From contig JAQBWN010000001.1 of NCBI GenBank assembly GCA_027624555.1, forward strand, positions 1 through 63,809: 63,809 nt of DNA, read 5' to 3'. Every line of letters begins with the position of its first letter. Position 1 is the stretch's first letter. Positions 7,075-16,847 of the stretch are shown here, piece by piece. The position numbers and the translations under genes are program-made. The notes under the pieces are model-generated. The model worked only from the letters and a program-made list of their open reading frames with translations, was not told where the DNA came from and ran no database searches. The stretch is from a bacterium. Its GTDB lineage: Bacteria > Patescibacteriota > Andersenbacteria > UBA10190.

Positions 7075-7374
7075 ATGAATTTTGAACGCACCCCCGAACA
7101 ACCTGCTTCCGCAGAGAATGTCATAACTACAATGGAGACAGGGGATGGACTTTCTACAGAACAATTACAAACAGTGAAAAGTATCCAAGAAATGGGGTCA
7201 AGGTATCAATACTCTCCTAGAGCTACTCGGTTGGAATATGACCCTGCTAAAAATGGGAGCGTTGATAAAACACTTGCCTATATTGCGAATAAACTTTCAG
7301 TAAAGGGCGATGTAATTGAAAAACGTTTCAGGGAAAAATATCCTAATTTAGAAGACAACGAATTGCATCAATAA
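7075..7374 (+). CDS. Hypothetical protein (99 aa), possibly the N-terminal part of a gene split by an in-frame TAA
   Basis: ORF only. The next ORF (7420) is in the same frame with no other stop between them. Confidence 0.45.
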   Translation: MNFERTPEQPASAENVITTMETGDGLSTEQLQTVKSIQEMGSRYQYSPRATRLEYDPAKNGSVDKTLAYIANKLSVKGDVIEKRFREKYPNLEDNELHQ

Positions 7375-7419
7375 TTTCTCGATTTAGCCGATGATCAAAT
7401 TAGCGACCTAATTGACGAA

Positions 7420-7776
7420 TTGCACAACGAACATGCAAGAACATACATTAATGGCGTCACCAGAAAAGATGAAGCGGATAGATTCCGGTTTTTTGATAAA
7501 TTCGGGATTTCGCTAGATCCACTTTTTACAGCATTAAACAGACATGAGAGCGGCGACGATCTTTCCGAAGAAGAGATTGGTGAAATCGAAGATACCTTGG
7601 AAGAGTACATAGGAGCTGTCTCGGGTGTGCTTAGCAGAGAATCCCATCAACAAAAACAAGCAATTGAAATACAGTTAAAGAACAACCACCCCGGCTTACT
7701 ATTTATGCACCAAGGTGAAAAAACAGCTGATTATCTGCAACGAGTTAAAAAATACTTTAACCAGTCTCCGAAATAA
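7420..7776 (+). CDS. Hypothetical protein (118 aa from TTG), same frame as 7075-7374
   Basis: ORF only. No in-frame ATG near its start. Confidence 0.4.
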   Translation: MHNEHARTYINGVTRKDEADRFRFFDKFGISLDPLFTALNRHESGDDLSEEEIGEIEDTLEEYIGAVSGVLSRESHQQKQAIEIQLKNNHPGLLFMHQGEKTADYLQRVKKYFNQSPK

Positions 7777-7781
7777 CCCCT

Positions 7782-8516
7782 ATGAACATGGAAAGACCTC
7801 CCACCCCGCCATCTACGCCTCGAAGCGAGGAGCCACCTGAAGACAAGCGGAATTTTGATAGTAAAGACCCGTTTGAGTTTTTAGGCGTGGATAGAAACGC
7901 CACAGACGATGAAATAAACAAAGCGCGCAGAAGAACACAGCGAGAGTTTCATGAAGATGCTAGGAGTACTAACCCACGTGCCCCTGAATTTTTTAAGAAG
8001 GCAGTAGAAGCGCAGAAAAAAATATCAGAATACAAGAAACCACGCAACGCAGCCCCAACGCCCCCAGTAGAGAAAAGCGTATACGTGCGGATGGGAGAAT
8101 CAACGATTCTTAAGGGCCTATCATTAGACCCGAAAGATTTTGGCAAAACTAAGCTTACAGCTAATAAGCTTGGGGTAACCAGTGAAAAAGTTGCAGAGCT
8201 AATTCACGGACCAGAAGCTCAAGATAGGTTGCGCCGTGGCGTAGATACGTTTACAGAGGCACATAGAAATGATAGTTCTGAGAAATTTGCACAACAAGCT
8301 GCTACATATATTCAAGAATGGGCCACGCATGGCATACATGTTGGAATTGACCTATTTACGGGGCAAAACAGAGCGAGTATAGAAAATCTAGTAACAAGAA
8401 CTGCTGAAGATATGTACTGGTTTAAAAAAGCTGAATTTAAGCCTTTTGTTGAGGGTTGGATATCTTCAGGCTGGCAACCAAACCAGAAAATACTAGACTT
8501 TCTCAAAACAATCTAA
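7782..8516 (+). CDS. Hypothetical protein with a degenerate J-domain-like N-terminal region
   Basis: 244 aa. DPFEFLGVDRNATDDEINKARRRTQREFHEDA resembles DnaJ helices I-II, but HPD is replaced by HED (nt 7950-7958). Confidence 0.5.
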   Translation: MNMERPPTPPSTPRSEEPPEDKRNFDSKDPFEFLGVDRNATDDEINKARRRTQREFHEDARSTNPRAPEFFKKAVEAQKKISEYKKPRNAAPTPPVEKSVYVRMGESTILKGLSLDPKDFGKTKLTANKLGVTSEKVAELIHGPEAQDRLRRGVDTFTEAHRNDSSEKFAQQAATYIQEWATHGIHVGIDLFTGQNRASIENLVTRTAEDMYWFKKAEFKPFVEGWISSGWQPNQKILDFLKTI

Positions 8517-8762
8517 TTCTAATATCTGATACAGCTCTAACGCATTTTGGATAGAGGATCTCGGTATCTCATACTTGCTCGTGCTTTTTCTTCCGCTTGG
8601 AACATGTAATCGAATAATTTCTACCGTATCTGCGCCCCACTTATCCCATAGCTCTATACCTTTTTCGCGAATTTCATTTGGGAATACATCAAGCAGACGG
8701 TCATCGCGCTCTACGCGCTCAAAGCCTTGCGCTACTAACTCGTTATAAGAGTCTTCGACCAT
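8493..8762 (-). CDS. Hypothetical protein (89 aa), translationally coupled to rluD
   Basis: Its ATG overlaps the rluD stop (TAATG on the minus strand). No recognisable motif. Confidence 0.4.
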   Translation of the reverse strand: MVEDSYNELVAQGFERVERDDRLLDVFPNEIREKGIELWDKWGADTVEIIRLHVPSGRKSTSKYEIPRSSIQNALELYQILELDCFEKV

Positions 8763-9685
8763 TAGTGATACTCAAGGTTAGCAATAACTTCCTGAAAGTC
8801 TTCGGCTAGGGGCGCAGTAAATGTCTTTCGTTTTTCATTCGGTAATAAAACAGTTAAATGCTCGGCATGCAGAAGCTGGCGCTTCACCCCATTCGGCTGC
8901 CGCTTGCGTTTAAATGTATATAAACTATCTCCCACAATTGGGTATCCAAGAAAATGAAGATGGACTCGAATTTGGTGCATTCTACCGGTAAATGGAATTA
9001 CACGAAGGAGCGCGTACATGCTCCCAAATCTTCGTTCCATCACCCATTCTGTGGCAGACTCTTTACCTGCGTCATCTACCGCGCGACGCATGGGGTTACG
9101 ACGACTTCGCATGATAGGGCGAGTAATTCTTCCATCTTTACCCCCCGGAACGCCAAATACAAGCGCCAGGTATTCTTTTCGAACCCTTCGAAGCGCGAAC
9201 TGATTCTTGAGATGCAAAAAGGCCGTTTCATTCTTTGCCAAAATCATAACTCCGCTCGTGTCTTTATCGAGCCGATGAACTATTCCTGCACGTCCGATAT
9301 CTCCAACATGCGTTACATTTGGATACCTTGCAGCAAACCAATCCGCTATTGTTCCGGACTTTATACCAACTCCTGCATGCACCGCGATACCAGGGGGCTT
9401 GTCTATAACTACGACGTCGTGATCTTCATAGAGAATTGGGATTTTTATTGCGGGTGCCTCAAAAGAGGCAGTAGAAGCTTCTTTAGGGGACGCAATATCG
9501 AGAGATACACTGTCTCCAATTCGCAGAATATACCCCGTCTTTGCCGCCGAACCATTTACCAGTATTTTTTCTTCCTTAATGGCTTTCTGCACAACAGTAC
9601 GCGAAAAATCATCTAGCCGTGCCGTACAAAACACGTCGAGTCTTTGCCCTGCCAGGTTTTCATCTATAGGTATAGATATTGACAT
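8762..9685 (-). CDS. rluD: 23S rRNA pseudouridine synthase, RluA/RluD family
   Basis: 307 aa from ATG 9685 (MSISIPIDENLAGQRLD...). S4-like N-terminus, HRLDKDTSG catalytic motif, HQIRVH. The 479-aa track ORF is an upstream read-through. Confidence 0.88.
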   Translation of the reverse strand: MSISIPIDENLAGQRLDVFCTARLDDFSRTVVQKAIKEEKILVNGSAAKTGYILRIGDSVSLDIASPKEASTASFEAPAIKIPILYEDHDVVVIDKPPGIAVHAGVGIKSGTIADWFAARYPNVTHVGDIGRAGIVHRLDKDTSGVMILAKNETAFLHLKNQFALRRVRKEYLALVFGVPGGKDGRITRPIMRSRRNPMRRAVDDAGKESATEWVMERRFGSMYALLRVIPFTGRMHQIRVHLHFLGYPIVGDSLYTFKRKRQPNGVKRQLLHAEHLTVLLPNEKRKTFTAPLAEDFQEVIANLEYH

Positions 9686-9764
9686 ACGGGTGAAGTATAC
9701 GGATATTCTACAAAAAAGCGAATATACGCTTGCAACTTTAAGCAATGTGGTATTATTCTTGAGT

Positions 9765-11036
9765 ATGAAAAAGTGGATCACAATAAGCAGTATCAGCGTC
9801 CTCGTACTATTCGTTTTGGGCTTTATTGGGTGGAGACTGGTTGCAGAACGCACGGAAAAACCCCCTCGAACAGTTGCAGCTACTCGCCAAACGGTTACCA
9901 AAGACATATCATTTACCGGAACAGTTGAAACGGAACAATCTGCGGATATATCTTTTGAGCTCTCTGGGATAATCAAAGATTTATATGTTTCTGTGGGCGA
10001 CACGGTAACTAAGGGCCAGAAACTTGCTCTTCTTGACCCTAGAAGCGTAGAACTAGAATTGGCAAAAGCCCATGCGGATACCGTAAGTACCTCAGTGCTA
10101 GACAAATTATCATGGCAAAAAGCCACGGATGCTGCGCAAAACACGATAGCAGAAAATACAAAGAGCCTGGAGCAAAAACGCCAAGCCGTGCGCGATGCCA
10201 AAACAGCACTAGATCAATCCAGTGAAATACATGCAAAAAAATCCCAAGAGAGCGGGGACGATTCTTCTATAACACTTTCCGCATACGCAACAGTTTTAAC
10301 AAACAAAGCAGCATACAACAGTGCCAAAGCCGCACTTGAAACTGCACTTAAATCTACCTCTTCATCCAACATAGCTGCGAAACATGCTGCAGATATCGCT
10401 TATGCACAATTAGTGAGTACTCAACAGGCAGCGCTAGGAGACTCCGGATTATCATCACTACGCTCGCTGGAAAGCTTAGCAAGATTAAAAGCAAGCAAGG
10501 GTATAATACGCGCTCCGTTTGACGGCGTAATTACAAGAAGAAGTAGTGAACTGGGAGAACTTGTAACAATCGGGCAAACTGTTCTCAAAATTGAAACGGT
10601 AGACCGTTTGCGATTTGCGGCCGATGTGGCAGAAACGGATGCCTTTGCACTCAAAGAAAATATGAATGCATCAATTACGTTTGACGCCCTATCATCAAAT
10701 CAGACAATTAATGCAATAGTTGCACAAATATATCCGACAGCGTTACTGCTTGATGGCGTTCCGACGTTCCGCGTTTTATTACACACTACAGATACTTCAC
10801 TTCCACTTCGAGGGGGCATTACTGCAAACATAGTTGTACACGCAGAGAAGAAAGATGACGTAATTGCCATACCGCGTAGAGCTATTATCACAAAGTCTGA
10901 CAAGCAGTTTGTCCGTATACAAAGAGACGATCTGGAACTTCAAGAAGTTGAAATTACAACGGGGGTAGTCGGGTCAGACGGATTAGTTGAAGTAACTTCT
11001 GGGCTGTCAGAAGGTGACAAGGTTGTAACTCAGTAG
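9765..11036 (+). CDS. Efflux periplasmic adaptor (HlyD/MacA family)
   Basis: 423 aa from ATG 9765 (MKKWITISSISVLVLFV...). TM anchor, coiled-coil middle, and beta-barrel C-terminus with IIRAPFDGVI. Confidence 0.8.
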   Translation: MKKWITISSISVLVLFVLGFIGWRLVAERTEKPPRTVAATRQTVTKDISFTGTVETEQSADISFELSGIIKDLYVSVGDTVTKGQKLALLDPRSVELELAKAHADTVSTSVLDKLSWQKATDAAQNTIAENTKSLEQKRQAVRDAKTALDQSSEIHAKKSQESGDDSSITLSAYATVLTNKAAYNSAKAALETALKSTSSSNIAAKHAADIAYAQLVSTQQAALGDSGLSSLRSLESLARLKASKGIIRAPFDGVITRRSSELGELVTIGQTVLKIETVDRLRFAADVAETDAFALKENMNASITFDALSSNQTINAIVAQIYPTALLLDGVPTFRVLLHTTDTSLPLRGGITANIVVHAEKKDDVIAIPRRAIITKSDKQFVRIQRDDLELQEVEITTGVVGSDGLVEVTSGLSEGDKVVTQ

Positions 11037-11041
11037 TATTC

Positions 11042-11749
11042 ATGTCGCTTATCGACATAAAAAATATAAAGAAAGTATACGGTGAGGAAGATGTAGTAAC
11101 GCGCGTTCTTCATGGAATTTCTTTTTCCATTGACGAGGGGGAATTTATTTCTATTATGGGCCCGAGCGGGTCTGGAAAATCTACTCTCCTGCACATTCTC
11201 GGACTTCTCGACCGGCCAACAAGTGGCACCTATTTTTTTGAGGAAGAAAACACTGCACTTCTTTCTGATGAAGCATTAGCCGAACTACGCAATCAAAAAA
11301 TAGGGTTCGTATTCCAGTCATTTCACTTACTTGCGCGTACAAGTGTGCTAGAAAATGTCATACTGCCCCTGTATTACTCAGCTGTTCCTAAAAAAGACTA
11401 CGTAAGCAAGGCAAAGATTGCACTGGAACACGTGCAATTAAGCCATAGATTAAACCACTTACCTCACCAACTCTCAGGAGGGGAGAAACAAAGAGTGGCT
11501 ATTGCACGGGCTCTAGTAAACGACCCGAAAGTGTTGTTTGCTGATGAACCGACAGGGAACTTAGACTCAAAGACAGGGAAAGCAGTGATGGATACTCTTG
11601 ATGCTCTTCACAAACAGGGAAAAACGATAATCATTATCACTCACGAAACGTCCACCGCAGCGTTTGCCAACCGCATTATCTCAATATCGGACGGAGCTGT
11701 AGTATCGGATCAAACATCCGGCACAAAACACACGCATTATACCAAATGA
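11042..11749 (+). CDS. ABC transporter ATP-binding protein (MacB/LolD type)
   Basis: 235 aa. Walker [10 protein letters not shown], signature LSGGEKQR, Walker [12 protein letters not shown]. Confidence 0.93.
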   Translation: MSLIDIKNIKKVYGEEDVVTRVLHGISFSIDEGEFISIMGPSGSGKSTLLHILGLLDRPTSGTYFFEEENTALLSDEALAELRNQKIGFVFQSFHLLARTSVLENVILPLYYSAVPKKDYVSKAKIALEHVQLSHRLNHLPHQLSGGEKQRVAIARALVNDPKVLFADEPTGNLDSKTGKAVMDTLDALHKQGKTIIIITHETSTAAFANRIISISDGAVVSDQTSGTKHTHYTK

Positions 11750-12990
11750 ATTTCACCACTACAGCGAAAACTTCACTGCGAGCACTTCGAGCCCACCTCG
11801 GCAGATCAATGCTAACCATTTTAGGCATCGTTATAGGGGTGGTTGCAATAGTTCTCGTTATTGCGCTTGGCCAAGGTGCGCAAGATCTTATCTTGAGTCA
11901 AGTACAAAGCATTGGGTCCAATACCGTCGTTGTTCGCCCGGGACGGCAACCAACCGGGCCATCGGATGTTGCAGATACTATTTTATCTGACTCTTTAAAA
12001 CAACGGGACGTTACTGCATTGTTAAAAACTGCAAATGTTCCCGACCTAGAATCTGTGGCGCCCGCAGTGCTCGTTCCAGGAGCTATTGCATATGAAAATA
12101 CGTTATTTCGCGGCACTGTTCTTGGTTGGACGCCAGAAGCGCTGGGACAAGTTTTTAACGTGTATCCGGACCGAGGAGCATTCTTTACCGCCGACGACGT
12201 AAAACAAGCAGCTCGAGTAATTGTAATAGGCAACAAAGTAAAAGAAGATTTATTTGGAGATTCTGATGCGCTTGGAGAATTTGTAGCGGTAAAAGGACAA
12301 AAGCTGCAGATAGTTGGCATACTGCCGCCAAAAGGGCAGGTGAGTGCATTTAATGTAGATGAAATTGCATTAATCCCATACACAACTGCACAAAAGACTA
12401 TCTTGGGAATCGACTATTTTCATGAATTTTTTATTCGAGCAAAAAGTGATGTAAATATTGATGTAGTAGTAGAAGATATAAAAGCAACACTTCGAGAAAC
12501 ACATAATATTACAGATCCGGAAAAAGATGATTTCTTCGTGGTAACACAAGCGAGTGTGATAGAAACGGTAAAAACAGTTACACAAACACTCACTATATTC
12601 CTCGTAGCCATAGCGTCCATTTCACTTATGGTTGCCGGAATTGGAATTATGAACATCATGTTGGTATCCGTAACAGAACGAACACAAGAAATTGGACTTC
12701 GCAAAGCACTTGGAGCAACAAACCGAAATATTTTGCTCCAATTCTTGATAGAATCGCTTATTTTAACGAGCACAGGGGGAATAATAGGTACAACAATTGC
12801 AATTGCGCTTGCTGCGCTTGTAAGCTACATAGCGCAAACGTATTTTACCATCGCCTGGCCGTTCACATTACCTCTAGGTGCGATTTTTCTTGGTGTTGGG
12901 GTATCCAGTGCCATCGGACTCTTATTCGGCATCTACCCGGCTCGTAGCGCCGCAAACAAAAACCCAATCGAAGCGTTGCGGTTTGAATAA
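11746..12990 (+). CDS. ABC transporter permease (MacB-PCD plus FtsX domain)
   Basis: 414 aa. ATGA overlap with the ATPase gene. N-terminal TM, periplasmic domain, three C-terminal TMs with the EIGLRKALGA motif. Confidence 0.9.
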   Translation: MNFTTTAKTSLRALRAHLGRSMLTILGIVIGVVAIVLVIALGQGAQDLILSQVQSIGSNTVVVRPGRQPTGPSDVADTILSDSLKQRDVTALLKTANVPDLESVAPAVLVPGAIAYENTLFRGTVLGWTPEALGQVFNVYPDRGAFFTADDVKQAARVIVIGNKVKEDLFGDSDALGEFVAVKGQKLQIVGILPPKGQVSAFNVDEIALIPYTTAQKTILGIDYFHEFFIRAKSDVNIDVVVEDIKATLRETHNITDPEKDDFFVVTQASVIETVKTVTQTLTIFLVAIASISLMVAGIGIMNIMLVSVTERTQEIGLRKALGATNRNILLQFLIESLILTSTGGIIGTTIAIALAALVSYIAQTYFTIAWPFTLPLGAIFLGVGVSSAIGLLFGIYPARSAANKNPIEALRFE

Positions 12991-12998
12991 AAATAATG

Positions 12999-13070
12999 TG
13001 GGCCTGGCAGGGATCGAACCTGCGACATGTACCTTATAAGAGTACCGCTCTACCACTGAGCTACAAGCCC
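12999..13070 (-). tRNA. tRNA-Ile(UAU)
   Basis: Reverse complement folds as gggcttg-ta-gctc-agtggta-gagc-g-gtact-ctTATaa-ggtac-atgtc-gcagg-ttcgatc-cctgc-caggccc-a. This is a clean 72-nt cloverleaf with anticodon TAT, A37 and A73. Confidence 0.85.
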
Positions 13071-13129
13071 TCACGACTAAACATATTTATTGCACAAAGC
13101 AGGGTATTTGGCTACTCTTTTGGAAATAA

Positions 13130-13201
13130 GCGCGCGTAGCTCAGTGGTAGAGCGCTTCCTTGACATGGAAGAGGTCGCTGGTTCGATTCCATTCGCACGC
13201 A
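13130..13201 (+). tRNA. tRNA-Val(GAC), with two stem mismatches
   Basis: gcgcgcg-ta-gctc-agtggta-gagc-g-cttcc-ttGACat-ggaag-aggtc-gctgg-ttcgatt-ccatt-cgcacgc-a. C4:A69 and C50:U64 do not pair. Confidence 0.65.
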
Positions 13202-13270
13202 CAAATTTTTAAATCCTTCCCTTGCCAGCCATAGCTTTAGCGACGGCTGGTCGTGCGCACTTCGACTAGA

Positions 13271-15202
13271 TTACGCAACCGCGGGTGCGGGGGATATATC
13301 CGGAGAACCTGTTGTAGGAAGTATTTCGGCATCTTCTTTCACCACGTCTGGATCTGCGCCACCCATCAAATCTGCGAATTGTTTTTGGCCGATTGTTTCT
13401 TTGACGATTAATTCTTGCGCAATAAGTTCTAATTTTTCCCTATTTGCAAGAAGAATTTCTTCCGCACGTTTTTGTGCATCTTTCAAAATTCCCGCAACCT
13501 CTTCGTCAATTAATGAAGCGGTTTTTTCAGAATAATCTCGCCCTTCGTGTAAGTCTCTTCCGAGGAATACTTGGTGGTCTACTTGACCATAGGTAACAGG
13601 GCCCATACTGGACATTCCAAACTGCGTTACTATGCGACGTGCAAGTTTCGTAGCTTTCATTAAATCATTACTTGCGCCTGTGGTGAGTTCTTTATACTGG
13701 ATCAATTCTGCTGTATATCCGCCCATCAGAGTTGCGAGTTCTCTCAAAAATCCTGTCTTGGTATGTAATCGCTTGTCCGTTTCCGGCAATTTTAACGTGT
13801 ACCCACCCGCAAATCCTCGCGCAATAATCGATATTTTCCGCACTGGGTCGGAATCGGGAGTGTAGTACGCAACAACTGCGTGGCCGGCTTCATGATACGC
13901 AGTGAGTTCTTTTTCTTTCTTCGAATACACTCGGCTTTTCTTCTCTGGACCAAGCAAAACCTTTTCAATACTTTCTTCCACATGGCGCTGCGCAACTTTC
14001 TTTTTATTCTCTCTTGCAGCAAATATTGCAGCTTCGTTTACCAAGTTCGCAAGATCAGCACCTGAAAACCCTGGGGTTCGCTCACCGATATTGCGAAAAT
14101 CAACATCTTTTTCTAATGGAACTTTTTTTGCATGAATAGCAAGAATTGCTTCGCGCTCTTTGATATCTGGCAAATCCATCGTTACCTGCCTATCAAATCG
14201 ACCTGGGCGGAGCAGTGCTGGGTCTAATACGTCTGGGCGGTTCGTTGCGGCGAGTACTATGACGTGGTCTGTTTGCTCAAATCCATCCATTTCTACAAGA
14301 ATTTGATTCAATGTCTGCTCTCGTTCATCATGTCCGCCTCCTAAGCCTGCTCCACGGTGGCGACCTACTGCATCTAATTCGTCTATAAACATAATAGCAG
14401 GGGAGCTACGCTTCACCTTTTGAAACAGGTCTCGCACACGGGAAGCACCTACGCCCACAAACATTTCAACGAATTCAGAACCTGAAATGCTAAAAAATGG
14501 CACCCCTGCTTCACCTGCAACTGCTCTGGCCATCAGCGTTTTCCCCGTACCAGGAGAGCCAATCAAGAGCACACCCTTAGGAATACGTGCGCCAATGTCT
14601 TGAAACTTTTTTGGACTCTTCAAAAACTCTACAACCTCCATTAATTCTTGCTTTGCTTCTTCATTTCCTGCTACGTCAGCAAATGTAGTTTTCTTTTTCT
14701 TTGTTTGATCTATAGGGCCTGAAGTCATTTGGCCAAAGTTTATTGCTTTATTACCCATATTTTGAGCGCCACGCATCATAAACCACAAGAAAAAGGCGAG
14801 GAGTGCGAATGGCAACAGCACGGGGAGTAATGATGCAGCCCAGAACGAAAAGCCAGATGGTTTTTTGATAGTAAGTTCTATTTTGCGCAGTGATTCTTCA
14901 GAAACGCCGAGATTTCTAAATGTGTCTGTTACAGAGGCATCCGTCTCTTTTTGTGTAATAAGCTTTTGAGAAGAGTCGCTTTTTAGGGTTACTAATAGAT
15001 CATTCTGATCTATAGTTATATTCGAAACGTTGTTCTTCAAAATTTCGTCCACAACCTGAGACATGCTCACGTCTCGTTGATTACTCACAGGGCTGCCATA
15101 TAAACTAAAAAGCAGTGAGCCCGCAACTACACAAAGTAGTATGATTCCGATGTTTTTGGTCCAAGAATCTTGTTTGAATTGACGAATAGGTGATGTTTGC
15201 AT
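13271..15202 (-). CDS. ftsH: ATP-dependent zinc metalloprotease FtsH
   Basis: Walker A GSPGTGKT, Walker [17 protein letters not shown] zinc site. ATG at 15202; the track ORF extends to a TTG at 15238. Confidence 0.95.
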   Translation of the reverse strand: MQTSPIRQFKQDSWTKNIGIILLCVVAGSLLFSLYGSPVSNQRDVSMSQVVDEILKNNVSNITIDQNDLLVTLKSDSSQKLITQKETDASVTDTFRNLGVSEESLRKIELTIKKPSGFSFWAASLLPVLLPFALLAFFLWFMMRGAQNMGNKAINFGQMTSGPIDQTKKKKTTFADVAGNEEAKQELMEVVEFLKSPKKFQDIGARIPKGVLLIGSPGTGKTLMARAVAGEAGVPFFSISGSEFVEMFVGVGASRVRDLFQKVKRSSPAIMFIDELDAVGRHRGAGLGGGHDEREQTLNQILVEMDGFEQTDHVIVLAATNRPDVLDPALLRPGRFDRQVTMDLPDIKEREAILAIHAKKVPLEKDVDFRNIGERTPGFSGADLANLVNEAAIFAARENKKKVAQRHVEESIEKVLLGPEKKSRVYSKKEKELTAYHEAGHAVVAYYTPDSDPVRKISIIARGFAGGYTLKLPETDKRLHTKTGFLRELATLMGGYTAELIQYKELTTGASNDLMKATKLARRIVTQFGMSSMGPVTYGQVDHQVFLGRDLHEGRDYSEKTASLIDEEVAGILKDAQKRAEEILLANREKLELIAQELIVKETIGQKQFADLMGGADPDVVKEDAEILPTTGSPDISPAPAVA

Positions 15203-15262
15203 ACCAGGAATAATGCCGTGCACCGTAGCCAAACGCAAGAGGAGATACTACAATGTTTCCAC

Positions 15263-15334
15263 GCCCCTGTAGTTCAACGGATAGAACGAGCCCGTCCTAA
15301 GGGTTAGATGGAGGTTCGATTCCTTCTGGGGGCA
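15263..15334 (+). tRNA. tRNA-Arg(CCU)
   Basis: Acceptor gcccctg/tgggggc, anticodon stem agccc/gggtt, loop gtCCTaa, T arm ggagg-ttcgatt-ccttc, A73. Confidence 0.85.
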
Positions 15335-15364
15335 CCTTTCGATAAACTCAAGGTAAACAACAAC

Positions 15365-16006
15365 ATGCCAAAAACACCGACATTCGACATCGAACACCAG
15401 TATTGGTCACAAGACATCGCACATATTGCAGGGCTTGATGAGGCTGGAATGGGGGCGCTTGCCGGCCCGGTTATTGCTGGTGCGGTGGTGTTTTCAGAAT
15501 CTGCATTAGAAAAAATTATTGAAAACCAGAAAAGTTTTCCAATTAGAGATAGTAAATTATTATCAGAAAAGCAGCGCGAGAAATCAGCCGTCTTCATTCG
15601 AGAAATAGCACATTTTTTTGCAATTGGAATGGCAAGCGCAGAAGAAATTGATAAAATAAATATTCGCAATGCTTCTCACTTGGCCATGCGACGCGCTATT
15701 GATGGATTAGCAAAAAAACCAGACATGCTTTTGATCGACGGAACGAGTGGCACTATCCACCCAACCATCTTTTCACTGTCTATTATTAAGGGTGATCAAC
15801 TATCGTATTCAATTGCGGCCGCAAGTATTCTGGCAAAAGTTGCGAGGGATTCGATTATGAAAGAATTGCACACGTTGCATCCGGAATATGGGTTTGATTC
15901 CCATAAAGGGTATGGGGCGAAGAAACATATGGACGCGTTGGTACTGCATGGTGCAACAGAACATCATCGGAAATCTTATGCGCCGATAGCAAAGCTTTTA
16001 CAATAA
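15365..16006 (+). CDS. rnhB: Ribonuclease HII
   Basis: 213 aa from ATG 15365 (MPKTPTFDIE...). GLDEAGMGALAGPV, ASILAK, GYG motifs. The track ORF start (15308) lies inside tRNA-Arg. Confidence 0.9.
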   Translation: MPKTPTFDIEHQYWSQDIAHIAGLDEAGMGALAGPVIAGAVVFSESALEKIIENQKSFPIRDSKLLSEKQREKSAVFIREIAHFFAIGMASAEEIDKINIRNASHLAMRRAIDGLAKKPDMLLIDGTSGTIHPTIFSLSIIKGDQLSYSIAAASILAKVARDSIMKELHTLHPEYGFDSHKGYGAKKHMDALVLHGATEHHRKSYAPIAKLLQ

Positions 16007-16031
16007 GTGCAGACCATGCGGCATGCCGCTT

Positions 16032-16096
16032 AACCAGCCCTCACCCTCCCGCCTGCTGGCGAGGATCCCTCCCCCAAATTTGGGATAGGGGATACG
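16032..16096. repeat. GC-rich palindromic repeat, family A (long form, diverged)
   Basis: aaccagccctcaccctcccgcctgctggcgaggatccctcccccaaatttgggataggggatacg aligns along its length with 55438-55502. Confidence 0.75.
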
Positions 16097-16139
16097 CTAA
16101 ATTGACAAACTCATAACCATAATCTAATCTTGAACCACT

Positions 16140-16373
16140 ATGGCAGTACCAAAGAAACGAACACCGAAGTCAAAGAAAGGGATGCGACGCAGCCATCATG
16201 GCCGAAAACCCGCAAAACTTGCTACGTGCCCAAACTGCAAATTAAGCATAACGTCTCATACTGCGTGCCCTACCTGCGGCATGTACCGTGGAAGACAAGT
16301 GATTGGAATGGCTGCAAAGATCGAAAAAACAGAGAAGAAACGAAAAGCAAAGGCACGAAGTACTGGCGCCTAA
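16140..16373 (+). CDS. rpmF: 50S ribosomal protein L32
   Basis: MAVPKKRTPKSKKGMRRSH... with CPNC...CPTC zinc ribbon. 77 aa, with a Lys-rich tail. Confidence 0.9.
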   Translation: MAVPKKRTPKSKKGMRRSHHGRKPAKLATCPNCKLSITSHTACPTCGMYRGRQVIGMAAKIEKTEKKRKAKARSTGA

Positions 16374-16407
16374 TTTTGAAATAGGGTATACATAGAAAGT
16401 ACTTTCT

Positions 16408-16845
16408 ATGGCAAACCGTCATTTAAGCAGATCGATAGCACTCCAAAGCCTTTTTGAATGGGATATGCGTGGGCAGAATCCGACAACCCTTCAATTGATC
16501 GCCAAGCATAATATCCAAGAATTTGCGCCCGGGCTGGATGACGGAGATTTCATCTATACGCTCATGTACGGCGTAAAAGACAACATGGAAAGCATTAACG
16601 CTCTCATCCAAAAATCTGCGCCTGATTGGCCGCTGGAACAAATAACTACGGTAGATAGGAACGTATTGCGCATCGGTATATTTGAATTAATGATAGCGCA
16701 TGCCCCAGACGTACCCCCGAAAGTTGCCATTAACGAAGCGATTGAACTGGCAAAAACGTTTGGAGGCCCATCCTCGGGAAAGTTCGTAAACGGGGTACTG
16801 GGAACAATTTATAAAAATATGGGAGAACCAAGAAAAGAAGAATAA
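16408..16845 (+). CDS. nusB: Transcription antitermination factor NusB
   Basis: 145 aa. Typical NusB helical sequence (RSIALQSLF...[13 protein letters not shown]...INEAIELAK...GKFVNGVL). Confidence 0.88.
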   Translation: MANRHLSRSIALQSLFEWDMRGQNPTTLQLIAKHNIQEFAPGLDDGDFIYTLMYGVKDNMESINALIQKSAPDWPLEQITTVDRNVLRIGIFELMIAHAPDVPPKVAINEAIELAKTFGGPSSGKFVNGVLGTIYKNMGEPRKEE

Positions 16846-16847
16846 CT

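Noticed and set aside
8762-10201. A 479-aa version of the rluD ORF and a 485-aa version of the adaptor ORF (9579-11036) that overlap each other head to head, plus the antisense ORF 8954-9616.
   Set aside because: Homology-like sequence starts at ATG 9685 (rluD) and ATG 9765 (signal anchor of the adaptor). The upstream extensions are low-complexity read-through of the divergent intergenic region. ORF 8954-9616 is antisense to the conserved rluD core.
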